From: Podarcis cretensis
Lineage: Eukaryota
Direction of reading: 5' to 3'
Assembly (NCBI GenBank): GCA_951804945.1
Contig: OX638154.1
Span: 44,888,001 to 44,952,000, forward strand
DNA length: 64,000 nt
The position numbers and the translations under genes were made by a program. A model generated the notes under the pieces. It had not been told where the DNA came from and did no database searches. It saw only the letters and a program-made list of their open reading frames with translations. Shown here in pieces: positions 35,801 to 48,173 of this stretch (positions within the stretch are counted from its first letter, which is position 1; every line of letters begins with the position of its first letter).

Positions 35801-37451
35801 TAGAACCAGGCGACTTATTTGCTGTCTCTCAGCCTTTGGAGTTTAGTCAGAGTGACATGCTTTCTTCCCTCAAGTGTTTTTTTGGGGGACCAGCTTATTC
35901 GCTTGTTGTTATGTTACATCAAGCATTTCCACTACTGCTCCAGAGCAAAAAAGGTTTGTATCCGGCATTTTTTTAAAAAAGTTTTAAAAATGCATAGAGT
36001 GTTTAAAAAGCAAAACATGTAAACAGCATGCCAAGCGAATGCCCAGTAAACACAAGTCAGAGAGTGCACCCTAAAACCTTGCAGGTTACAGGGTGCATTT
36101 CTTGCTGGGCAACTTGAAAACAACAGCAACTGCCTGGAAATTGGAACATGCGTGCGCGCACACACACACACACCCCTTTGGGGCAGGGGCGGGCCTTTAA
36201 AAGTTACGTTTCTTATGGCTCCTAATAAACTGCTACCAAGGATCTGAAAAATGCTCAGTAAAATCCACAGTGTGCTTACAAACATGCTCAAAATCAAAAA
36301 GGTACTTATCAATCCTACCATTCCTGGTTATGGAACATTTATCTGATTCTTATTAGTTTGTGATTCCATGCATGTATTATATGTCTTCCGTTAATGAATT
36401 TTGATATAGTGTTATAAAAATATTGTCAGTATATTATTAGCCGTGTTGCTTGTCGTTCAGAATCAAAGAGGTGACTGACAATGCCCTGACTTGGTCAGCC
36501 TAAAGAAGCTTATCTTCATGGATGGCCACCTCACATCTTTTGGCACCCCTGAAGTGGCATTGTTAGGGAATGGCCAATGAAGGTCATGCTGTAGTCTTTT
36601 GCTGCAGGCCCTGTCTGAAAACAAGCTTGCATCCAATGTAGCGCTAAGTAACTGTCCTGCCTGGAAAAGAATTTATGCTTGTGTGATAAGACTTCTCCTC
36701 GCTTGAGTACTCTGCATGCTCCCCAGATCTGCTCCAAAGAACCTAAAGAACCCCCAGAACTGTTTTAGGGGGACCTGTCAGGGTAGGGGAGAAAGTCCTG
36801 TTGCACAACTGTAGACCCTTGCACTGACAGAAGAGTTGTTTAGCGCTGTACTGGATACATTACATTTTAATACTCTGCTAATATGGCAGAAGAATGCCAT
36901 GTGGGTGGAATTCCAACCACCTGTTACCTTAATTTTCCATAGGCACCAATGCATATGCAAAATGTACACCATTTTGGGTCATGAATCTGTGACTGGAGTC
37001 CCCGCATCCTTGTTACTTCACATGGTTCTTGTGAGTTTTGGGTTCACTGGAGCTATCACCACTTTATCATGAGGGACTTTGGCCCTGTGCATGCAAAGAG
37101 TAAAGTTTATCCATTTGATGACTGGCAATCGTGCCTATCTTTTCTTGCTTTGAGGCTTCAGACAATGTAGGGCATATTGACACATCCCATGTGTCATATC
37201 TCGATCCTGAGCTGTTTGTTTTAAATGGCAGAATAATGCTTTAGTGTTATGAAGTGTCTCCTCCAAATGAAAACCAGTTCCTTTAATTTCTGATCTATTC
37301 TGTCAAATTATTCATCTCTGTGTAAAACTGTGGCACTTTGATAGCATGAGAAGCATTTGTGTTCCCCAGCTGTATCACCTCACTCTGAGTTTTCTGCTTA
37401 AGGTGACCCCCCCCATCTTTTGTCTTTTGTATCTGCTGAGGCAATTCATGC

Positions 37452-37484
<33 letters not shown>

Positions 37485-37989
37485 CACACACACAAAAGTT
37501 TATGTAAAACAGCTGCTTTCTGCTGTTTCCTGGTTAGCTTATTATTAGAAACCAGCATTCTTAAGACTAAATAAACATGCTGTTTAATAAGCGTAATTTT
37601 TAATAAGAAGTTAAACCAAGCACTTTTATCTTGATGAAAAAGCAATCCCCGGGGGCTGATCCTGAACATGCCCATAATTTGCGGTGGGGTGGATTTGATC
37701 TCTGTTTCCTGTTGACACCCCTCTCCCACTTTGCCAGCAAAGGTTCAGTTTACTGCCAGTGTTTGCCATTGAAGTGCTTTATTAAACTAATCACTTCTTA
37801 ACAAATCTTCCATTCCTACTTCAGTACTTCTCCAAGAGGATTCTCTCAGCCTCCTGGGAGCAGGATCACAGATTTCATCACTACCTGCCATTGTGTTAAA
37901 AAGTTGAAACTGCTCTAAAATTGTGATATTTTAAAAATGTTCTCTGTATATCTGAGAAAACATTTTTAAAGAAGAGCAAAGACTTAAAT

Positions 37990-38311
37990 GGGACACGGGT
38001 GGTGCTGTGGTCTAAACTACAGAGCCTACGGCATGCCGATCAGAAGGATGGCGGTTCGAATCCCTAGCAGTTCGAAAGCGCATCAAAGTGCGAGTAGATA
38101 AATAGGTACTGCGCTGGCGGGAAGGTAAATGGCGTTTCCGTGTGCTGCTCTGGTTCACCAGAAGCGGCTTAGTCATGCTGGCCACATGACCCGGAAGCTG
38201 TCTGCGGACAAATGCCGGCTCCCTCGGCCTATAGAGCGAGATGAGCGCCACAACCCCAGAGTCATCCACGACTGGACATAACGGTCAGGGGTCTCTTTAC
38301 CTTTACCCTTT
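37990..38311 (+). mobile_element. Sauria SINE with an internal deletion of about 45 bp
   Basis: Same head, core and tail; TSD AAAGACT(T/G)AAAT; the segment after GTTCGAATCCC seen in the other copies is missing. Confidence 0.9.
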
Positions 38312-40745
38312 AAAGACTGAAATAACAGATTTGAAACTGCCCTCTCGCTAACACAGTTTTTTTTGTGGAACACACCTAGGAATTCAAATTTTTTACTTCC
38401 GTGCCCTTGGATTTATTTTATCAGCCAACTGAAAGTACCAGAGTGAGCAGAAAGTTTATGATTTTTATTCAGGGTGATCTGTGCCCTGAACACCTCAATT
38501 AATTAGCCTGTCAATAGTCCTTTCTTCTGCAATCGATCCTCAAGTGGGTGTGCAAACCCTCCTTGCATGAATTTCAGCCAAAAAGGAATGCACACCTAGA
38601 TGCTTTCAAACACTGGCAAGATTTATTTTGGGGTCAAGAAAAGCCCCAAGGAATTTAGACAAGCAAAGCAATAGTATGGTAACTCAGATGTTACAGAACA
38701 AATAAGATATGTCTGGGATATTAAACCTAAATTATTGCTGTAGCTAACCAATTAACATAAAATAAAATGAAAATCAGACAGTACACAGAGAAAAAAGCAA
38801 GATGTTTCATAGCCATGATTATTGCTATTGCAGCTGTAGTGCTCAGCTGGCAACCTTCATCGCAGATGGTGGACTATGACAGGAATCTTCACTTCAGTGC
38901 CTTGTTTGTGGATGGCGGCATCTCTTATAATCCCTAACTAAGATCTTCTCACAGGGCCATTAGGCAGCGTCTTTTCAGGTTTCAGATAGATCTCTCCCAA
39001 CACAACACTCCCCCCCAAGTTGGCCTAGCCCCACCCCCTTGCCCTCTAGTTCACATGGCAACCAGCAATCAGAACTATAATCAGCCTACCATTCACCCTG
39101 GGTTAACTTTCAGTTGGCCAATCTTCACACAAGGTGCATTACACTACTTCTCATACCCCTTGGAGAGGGAGTGGAAAGTAAAAGTATGATCTAGTTGAAT
39201 TAAAGGATCCCGCTGAATTTGCATTATTTTTGTACGCACACGACAGTTCAAATCACAGTTCACATTCTTCCCCATAACAACCATGGATCTAGCAGTTTGC
39301 TGTGGTGCAAAAACATGGACCTGGAGCTCATCAGAATGGTTTCTCAATAGAAATGGTCCAAATCATGAGTCACATCCGTATTCACAAAATGTGCTGCCAA
39401 AATCACAGACCCATGACTTCATGTCTCCATCAGAGTGCTAAACCAAGGATCCTAGACCCTCATGGTTTCTCCCTGAAGGCTTCCCAAATCAACCATCACT
39501 ATACATGGATCTAGTCCTTATGTTACCACCACAAAACAAGAATGTAGATCCAGGGCAATTCCTCTTTCTTTCTTATTTTAAAATTGTTACACCATAAAAG
39601 TGTACCATCTATTCATAGCTCAAGCCCATCCACACAGATTTCACTGTAAAAATTACAGCTCCATCACAGTGTCGTCTGGGCTGCCCAGGACCACCTCCAT
39701 ACACACTGCCCAGGCTTGTGCCCCAGGGAGGTTTGACTTCATCCCAGAGGCACACTCTCAAGACAGAAGGATGACAACAATACAACAAGCACAGTGACAC
39801 AATCACATGTATCTGAGACATGGCTCTCCTGTAGATGATCGGAGCTCATATCTATGTGCACAGACTGAAGACTAAATTTCAGGATCAAGAAGTAAATCAG
39901 GACCAGATGACAAAACAGTAGGAAGAAACATCAAAAGTCATGACCAAACAATAATCAAACATACAGGAACAAACCAGAGCTCAGGAAGACCTTGTTGCTC
40001 AACAAGATTCAATTGCAACAGAAGGTTATAGATCCAATGGGAAGCATGGGTGGATGAAGTAAGTCCAGTGCTAGAAGGTTCTTAATTAAGAAGGTTGCAA
40101 TAATTGCAACATGCAGTTTAGTGATCCACCACATGGCTCAAAGGAACAAGAGCATTCAGGCAACAACACCAGCTGCAGAAGATCAGCCTAGACTGAACAG
40201 GATATAGCTCTTCACTTTGTTCTGACATTGAAGAAGAACTAATCTCCTTCCTATTCCCTTTACTTCCATTTACCTTGTGTGTTCTTTTAGTTTCTAGTCC
40301 TGATAACAGCTCTACCTCTTTTTAAAATTGATGTCAGCCACTTTGGGTGACAATAACAGTCTAAAAGGTTGCATAAAACAAATATATCAATACGGGACAC
40401 CTGCATACAAGTCTGGCAGCATCTGATATGCTGATGCCATCATCAAGTAAACAGCCTGCTTTTCCACAATGGGGAGTGGTGCAGCAGGTAAGTTCAGGTG
40501 CACTGGTCAGAACTCTGCTCAGTGCTATTGCTATAGGCAGCCATCCCACAAACAAGCTGGTCCCCACTAAGTATGCAAGGTGGCCCATTGAGAGCAGCTT
40601 GCCTAAAGTTTCCCCAAACCTGGAGTAGGGACTAATAACCTATGAATCTGGTTCATACTTTTGCATCACACCACAAGTTTATAATGCACTTCATAGACAT
40701 GAATGTGATTTGTGATTTGATGGCAGATAGGGCGGAATTCTAGGT

Positions 40746-41108
40746 GGGACGCAGGTGGCGCTGTGGGTTAAAGCCTCAGTGCCTAGGGCTTGCCGATCGA
40801 AAGGTCGGCGGTTCGAATCCCTGCGGTGGGGTGCGCTCCCGCTGCTCGGTCCCAGCGCCTGCCAACCTAGCAGTTCGAAAGCACCTCCGGGTGCAAGTAG
40901 ATAAATAGGGACCGCTTACTGGCGGGAAGGTAAACGGCGTTTCCGTGTGCGGCTCTGGCTTGCCAGAGCAGCGATGTCACGCTGGCCACGTGACCCGGAA
41001 GTGTCTCCGGACAGCGCTGGCCCCTGGCCTCTTAAGTGAGATGGGCGCACAACCCCAGAGTCTGTCAAGACTGGCCCGTACGGGCAGGGGTACCTTTACC
41101 TTTACCTT
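40746..41108 (+). mobile_element. Sauria SINE, divergent subfamily
   Basis: Full head, (ACCTTT)3 tail, perfect 15-bp TSD TAGGGCGGAATTCTA; many CpGs are retained, suggesting a young copy. Confidence 0.92.
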
Positions 41109-41989
41109 TAGGGCGGAATTCTATTGGGGGAGGAATAAGGATCAATACGGGTCTGTGCCTTTGATCTTTGTTATCTACAACAATGCTAGATCTACAAAAA
41201 GTAAAGGAATCTGTCTTAGTTCATTACAATAATTCCAAAATCCAGTCAGGTAATACCTGGTTGGGACTGGCCCAAATATCAGAATTACCAGGCTGGATAT
41301 TAAGGAAATCTAGAGCTGTGGTTTTTATTTTGGAGTCCATGGAAATGGATGCAAGCAGTGATTTGATTGTGGCTTTGGGAGCATTCCATGCTTTATGCTA
41401 TTGTGGCCATGAAGTGCTTAATCCCTTACTGTATTTTTTGCAGTATAGTTTGTGGATGAATGCAAGCTGTGATTTAACAACAAATTTGGCATTTGGGGAA
41501 CCTCTGCATGTTAACTTTAATAATGAAGATCCATGCTTTTATGTCACAGTAGCATCACAAAGCACTGGATTTCTATACTGCAGTCAACTGATATAGATGT
41601 GAGCTGTAATCTGGTATATTTGCGGGGAGGGCTTTCACACAAAAATGCTAAGGTCCGATCGGTATAAATCTTGCATTTCTCCCCCCTGAAAGTGCACATT
41701 ACCACATGCTTTTCCCCCAGAAAGATTCATTGAAAGAGGATTTTTCTGAATAAATTTGCCGACACCTCTGCTGCAAAGTTATTCTGTACGATACGTTAAT
41801 TTCTCCCATTATACATACAAGCATACAAGGAGATTCAAAACGGCCGCAACGGAGCCTGCTTTTCTGTCCCTGCAGTCTCTGCCTGCCTCAGATTATTCAC
41901 CTGCTGCCATGTCATCAGTTCCTTCCTGACGATAAAACGAGGCAAAAAAAAAAAAAAAAGCCACATAATATCTGTTTAAATTATATATA

Positions 41990-43600
41990 CTTTAAAAAGC
42001 GGCAAGTTTCACATTTTGACGCCGTGTGGGTTCCTTAGCCCAGTTTCTATAGCGGCGCTTGGAGCAACCCGCGAAGCAAAAGGCGCTCCAGCCGGACCTG
42101 TGACTGGAGAGGGGAACGGGGCGCAGGATTCGGCCGCTGCTCCGCGTGGCGCCCGCCAGGCAGTGACCCTGCGGGGCCGCGCGCACGCTGCGTGTGTGTA
42201 TACACGTGTGTTTGCACATTGGGCCATGTGAACGTGCCAGCTGCTGCCCCTTCCCTTGTCTCGGGAGGCCGTCGCGGAGCAGCGACATTCGGGAGCCTTC
42301 TCTTCCCCGTCCCTTGCGAGCCCTCAGCCCCGCCGCGAGACCAAAGCTCGCCGGCCAGGCCCTCCGCGACGCTCCGGAGAGACAGGCGGGCGACCGACGA
42401 AATGGGGTCCTGCGTCTTTAAGAGCCCCTTTGTCTCTGAAACATCCTTATTTACCCTCCTGTGATTCAACCAAACTTAACCCCCCTCTTCCTCCCCCCGC
42501 GATTCACAAAGCCCACGGATGTCACAGCTCCGGGGGCGGAGCTAACGTATTCCCCGGACCCTCCTTCCGAGACTCCGCTTCTGGTTTTTATAGGATTTGG
42601 TTAGCTTCCGCAAGTGCCGTAAACTAGCAGTTCGGGGGAACAAGAGACGGCAAACGCGTCTGCTTTAGCTGCCACGCCGTTAGGGACGAACTGTTCCGAA
42701 GAATCTTCGGATTCTCGGGAAAACTAAAAACAACAACAACAACAACCACCCCACACAATCTAACGCGTCACTAGCGTAAATCAGTGAGAGGGTTCCCGCT
42801 CTTTCGTGTTACGTAGATGACGCCGAGAAGAAAAGGAACCGTTCAAGAAAACTCTCGGGAGCCCCCTTGCGCAGGTAGCGTAAACGTGCTCGCTGAATGG
42901 CGACTCGTCGTAGGGCGGTCCAAGCCGGGGGTGGGAAGGAAATCGTGTCTGGCGGGCGGTTCAGCCAACGGCAGCGCGGGGCGGGGCGAGCTCGGCGACC
43001 AATGGCGGCCGGGGGGGCGTGTCAGGTGCCGGTTGGGGTGTCTCGCGCTTGGTGACAGCTCGCGCGTGCTGATGATGGCGGTAAATAAAGGGGCCGGAGG
43101 GGGGGAGGGGGCTTTACCCCCTTGGGGGCTCAAACCCTAAATGTGGGGGAAGTGAAAGGCCCACAGCTGGGGTGGAGAGGGGTGCTTCATGCGCGGCCCA
43201 GGGAGGCTGAGGGTAGAAGGGGGGCTTGACCCCCGATTTGGGGTGGGAGGTTTGAGGGGGCTCCACCCCTTTGGGGCTCAAATTCCATATTGGGGGTGGG
43301 GGTTGTGCTGCTTCAAGCCCCTCCTCCCTGTTTGGAGGGAATTTCGCCTCCTTGCTTGGCCAGGCCGACGGAGGGGAAGAGGTCTTGACCCCTAAGAAGC
43401 AGAGGGGCTGGAGGAGGAATTCCCCCCCCCCCGCCAGTGGGAGGTTGCGCGCACCGAAGGGGAGGCGGGCATGGACCTCCTCTTGGGGAAAGAGGTCCAG
43501 GGAGCTTGCCCTGCGTGAGGGCAGAAAAGGGCACCAACCTCACCAACTGGGGGGGGGGAGAGCGGCTATGACAGGATTTGCCGCCTGTGGCTGAACAGGC
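41990..43600. promoter_or_regulatory. CpG-island promoter, probably of USP49 (+), with candidate non-coding exon 1 ending at 43080
   Basis: Dense CpG; GC box GGGGCGGGGC 42978-42987; CCAAT 42999-43003; ATGGCGG (YY1-like) motifs; donor-like GCG|GTAAAT at 43081, followed by more than 20 kb without a recognisable host coding exon. The USP49 assignment rests only on the conserved gene order after MED20. Confidence 0.65.
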
Positions 43601-46600
43601 AAAGGCAGCAGCCAACTAACTGGTTTTTTAAATGCTCAAGCCAGACTGCCTCGGTTGGAGAGACACAGGGTTCTTGTACAATCTGAGCGCCAGGGGAATA
43701 TCAAGCCCTTGTTGGACAGGGGGAACCTGAAGGCTCAGGCAGAGAAACAAAAGCGAAAAGAAACCCGAGGGTTGGGAGGACCGAGTCAGGAACAATTTAG
43801 AAATTAAAGTTGTAGGGACCCTTAAAGGAGGCATTGGAAGGGGAGAGAGGAAATTAAGGGCTGGTGTGTATGGTATAGCTGCTGAGATCTAAGACAAGAA
43901 GCTCCCCATCTTAATGCTTGTGAAATGAATAGGGCCCTTAATGGCTAGAAAGCAGCAGCAAGAGAGTTAGAAGTTTGAGGATGCCAGACTTGGAACAAGG
44001 ATTGTAGTGAGGAATATTACATTGTTGCGGGTGCTAGCACAGGCAGCGTGGAAGAGAGCTAAAATAACGATGGGCAAGCAGGGTGGTGCACGTTGGTATT
44101 GCTAAGCTGCGTGCAGTTCTTTGTTTGCTGGAAGATGCTTAGGTGGTTCACTTCAAGTGTGATGTTTCTAACTTCTTTTTTCAGAGCATTGTGCTCTGAC
44201 TCGCACTGATCTATTATTACTTAATCCCACAGCGTTTCCTTCCCTCTGCTCCAAGTTAAGAACATTAGTATGAAATCGGTTTGAGAGAAAGCATTGTACT
44301 AAAGTACTTTTGAACTCATTTCTGTTGTTGGTTTGATTATATGTGTAGCAGTGCTGAAGAAGTTGTTCCAAGGATGGAACCATATGATGGAACTTGGGTG
44401 TCCCTAGAGTTAATGCAAATGAGAACACTTAGCCTTACAGGATGCTTCCAGCTTTCATAATAACTCATTTGCAAATGCTGTTTGTCACACAGCAACTATG
44501 CTATTGAAGTCAGTGCTGTTATGCTGCCCTTGTATGAAAAAAGAATGGGATTCTGAAGATAATGATTTTCGTGTAGTGCTGTTCTCTCCCCTTTTATAAA
44601 TAAATTGTATATATTACCACATTAAAGTTAAAGGAAGGTTTTACATGCTTTAAAAAGCATTTTTATTGAACGCATCAGCACATGTGAAAGAATGTTAAAA
44701 GTCTGTTTTATGTTACATTAACTAGTTTTTTTGCCAGATGAGCATGATCTTGTAGGGAGAAAGCAGCTAGTGAGGAGCTGTGTGTTTCATGCATACTTAA
44801 AGCTTGCAGTGTTAAGCCTGACGTTCTTGCTATTTCAGAATGTGTTGGTTCTTTGATCTTTGAGAGAAGGAAGTAAGACTTTTTGTTTACTTCATCAAAG
44901 TTTTCCATTTTTCTGTGTCCCCCCCATTGTTAGTGGGAAAAGGGGTGGGGCTAAGCGTTAACTTTAAACTAGGTGGTTTGTTAAATGATGTCAAAAAAAT
45001 AAGAGATGTCAAATCAGGCATCTCTAGTTCCTTTCAATGTTCCTAAGCCTTTTGAGAAGCCTTGTGTTTTTCTTTGGTTGTGTTAAGCCCAATTTTATTG
45101 TGAAGAAACAAGTTTTATCCCTCCCCCAATAAAGCAAGTTTTAATTTCATGCTATAATACTGGAAAATTTAAACACACACACCAAATTAGTAATATTTGT
45201 TAACGAATTTTTAAATTCCTGTTTGAAATCTATTTTCTCCAGTTTATTTAGAACTGAAACATTTTTAGGATATAGGTAGGAAAATGTTTTATTTCTAAAT
45301 AAAGTGCAGAATATGAATGTACCATGTTTTTAATGATACATGTTTCTTCCTTACCCCTTTACTAATCTGTAAATAAATAAATAAATCAGGATTTCATGTT
45401 ATGTTCGTATCTATTCAAAATATATAGAAAAATAAGGGATATCAAACATCATGATTTTACATAGGTTCATTTTTAGATAGTCTTTTAAAAGGCGATAACA
45501 GCAAATACTTTTTAATATAATTTCAACTTAATTCAAATTTAAGTTTAGTTCTATCCCTTACCTCATATCAACTCATTTAAAACCTAAAACTTTTCTTATG
45601 TAAACCTCCATACCACCTTATACAGATATAAAGGAGTCAAATTAAAACATAGAATATGGACTTTAAAAAAAAAAGTTTTGTAAATTTACCAAAAAAAAAA
45701 AAAATGCAGCTGTTTTTCATTGGCTAAACTTCTGTGACATAAAAAAAACCCATTGAAGAGCAGATAAGAGGTTGGCTGATAAAGGAAGTTAAGCACTCAA
45801 GGAAAAGGAGTGAAAACAGAAGAATCTGGGTATTAGTGTTATCAGGGACAAGTAAGAAGGAATTGGCAGGAAGTAATATCTGGCAGCACAGAGGCCCCCC
45901 CCCCAATAATTTGACAGTCCTATTAATTTTAAAATAACTTAAATACAATAACTGTCTGACTATATATCACCCAAACATTTGTTGAGCAGTTGTACCCCAT
46001 AATATTTTAGAAGAAAAACCTAATATAGCCTAACAAACAGAAGGAACTGGATGCTGTTGATGGGAAGAAGCAAGCAGAGCTGCATTTGCAATGTACTCCT
46101 GAGTTTCCCCAAGTGTGTTCTGTCTTTTGATAGCTGGTATTATTGTTAGAAAACTGAAGAAAATGCTTCAACACCTGCACATGTGCTCTTGTCGGGAAGG
46201 GATGTGGAGAAGACTGAATTTAGATTAAACCAATTAGACTAAATGTTTCTTTCATCCTTTTTGGCTTCTATTTTAAATATATTAAAACCTTCAGAAAACA
46301 GCCTGCCATCTAGAACTGAATTAATATTGCCAGTTTTAGGTGCCCATGTGACTAGGCCTCTAGGATTATTTAAGCCCTACCTTCATGATTTAAAGCTGGT
46401 TCAGTATATTTCCTTGCTTCCTGAATAACCAGGTTAGGGCACTGGGAAATTTCTATAAAATGCATGTTTTCTAGAGCTGGACTAACAGCACCAAAAGCCC
46501 ATGATAGACAAGATGTGGAAGATCTCTCCACTTCTTCTCCTTAAGTCATAGGGAGATTTTAATTCTTCCCAAAAATGCCATTTTCATGAATTTAATTATA

Positions 46601-47932
46601 TCCCCAACCAAAAGGTGCTGTTTGCCCACTGGGGAGAACATACAGGTATGTTTTTCCCAGTGGGGCAGTAGCAGCTTTGTGTGTGTGACAATTTGAGTTT
46701 GCGAAAACAGTATGAGGCGTTAAAACCTCCTTCAATGCTGTGGCCCTTATCAAATGCTGCCAGCACCCCCCTCCAGTTGCTTTTAATCAAAAAGGCAATG
46801 GCAGGGGATGTGAGTACAGATATCTCACATCTCATCTAGTTTAGTCCTGCAAGTACATGTACATGTATTGTGTTTCCTTCTGTCTGTATAAAAATTGACA
46901 TTATCAAAGGATCATACCATTAAATTTTAGATATCGTTCCTATATTTTAGATATTAAGGCAAAATTTGCTAACCTGGTATCTTCAAGATGTTTTGGACTA
47001 CAACATTTATTAGCTTCAGCCAGCAGAGCTGTGCTGACTAGGGTTGATGGGAGTTGTAGTCCAAGACATTTGAGCATACCTAGGTTGGGGAAGAATCTGT
47101 TGAGGAGCCCAGCTGTTGAAAGCCTCTTGCAAGAAAACCAGCATCTTGAACTGCGCTGTGAAAACAGGCAGCCATCATTGTTCTTCACATTGTTATAAGC
47201 AGTACCTACATGAGGACACTCTGCAGGCTCTTGGGTATCCCATAAGAGAAAAGGAGCAGTTTTTTCCCTTATAACAACATGTTGATGCAGCATGTGTCTA
47301 ATGACTCTTCTTCATCAAGACAAAGGCTGTCATATTCCATTCCAGCTGTAACTTCTGAATAGCCTTTCATAATAATGATTCATCATACACTTAATTAAAT
47401 CACTTCAATAACCTTGTGTGGTTATATGCTAATAGTTACTAGCTCTAAACTGGAGACAAAGCATTTCAGTTTTGTGCCCATGAGTGTGATTGGTGAAAAG
47501 TCTTCAAGGCTGCCACAGGAACCTAAAGATTTAGCATCACCCAAAAACCCCCACACATGAGTTACTAAGGGAGGACAAAGACTATCAATAATGGTTGTGC
47601 CCTGGGACTTCTTGAATGGGGTAGGGGCCTTGCCAATCAGTAGTTAGATTTCTTGCTTGGATTTCACTTCTATCTGTCCATCTTTGCCCAGTCCTTACTA
47701 GCAATCAGATGCTATATAAGAATCATGATTGCAGCATCATTTTAAGCCCAAGTCTTGGGCAACCTTGGATGGTTTGAAAGCTCAGAGTACATAACCACAA
47801 AATAATAATAAATAACAATGATAGGGAGCCAGGACTGGCACACTCACTGAGCAAGTAGATGCCCTTTCCATTCCCCAACCTGACTGTTGTTCCTCCACAT
47901 GGTAAATCCATGTTGTTAACCACCACTTAATA

Positions 47933-48173
47933 CAGTGGTACCTCGGTTTACAAACTTAATCCATTCCGGAAGTCCGTTCTTAAACAGAAACCATTCTTAA
48001 ACTGAGGCACACTTTTCCTAATGAGGCCTCCCTCCGCCGGTGCCCTTCCACCGTTCGGCTTCCGTTCTTAGACCAAGGTACAGTTCACAAACCGGGACAC
48101 TACTTCTGGTTTTGCGGAGTTTGCAAACCAAATAGTTGGTAAACAGGGCTGTTCTTAAACCGAGGTACCACTG
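47933..48173. mobile_element. Tigger-like MITE, family C
   Basis: TIR CAGTGGTACCTCGGTTTA with TA duplication. Confidence 0.88.

Noticed and set aside
39520-40310. Possible decayed solo LTR (Gypsy-like)
   Set aside because: Composition is suggestive, but I could not define TG...CA ends or a TSD.
40746-40830. tRNA gene candidates (A and B boxes)
   Set aside because: These are tRNA-derived SINE heads with TSDs and SINE bodies, not complete cloverleaf tRNAs.
41992-43615. Many overlapping ORFs in the CpG island
   Set aside because: Stop-poor GC-rich DNA; no recognisable protein.
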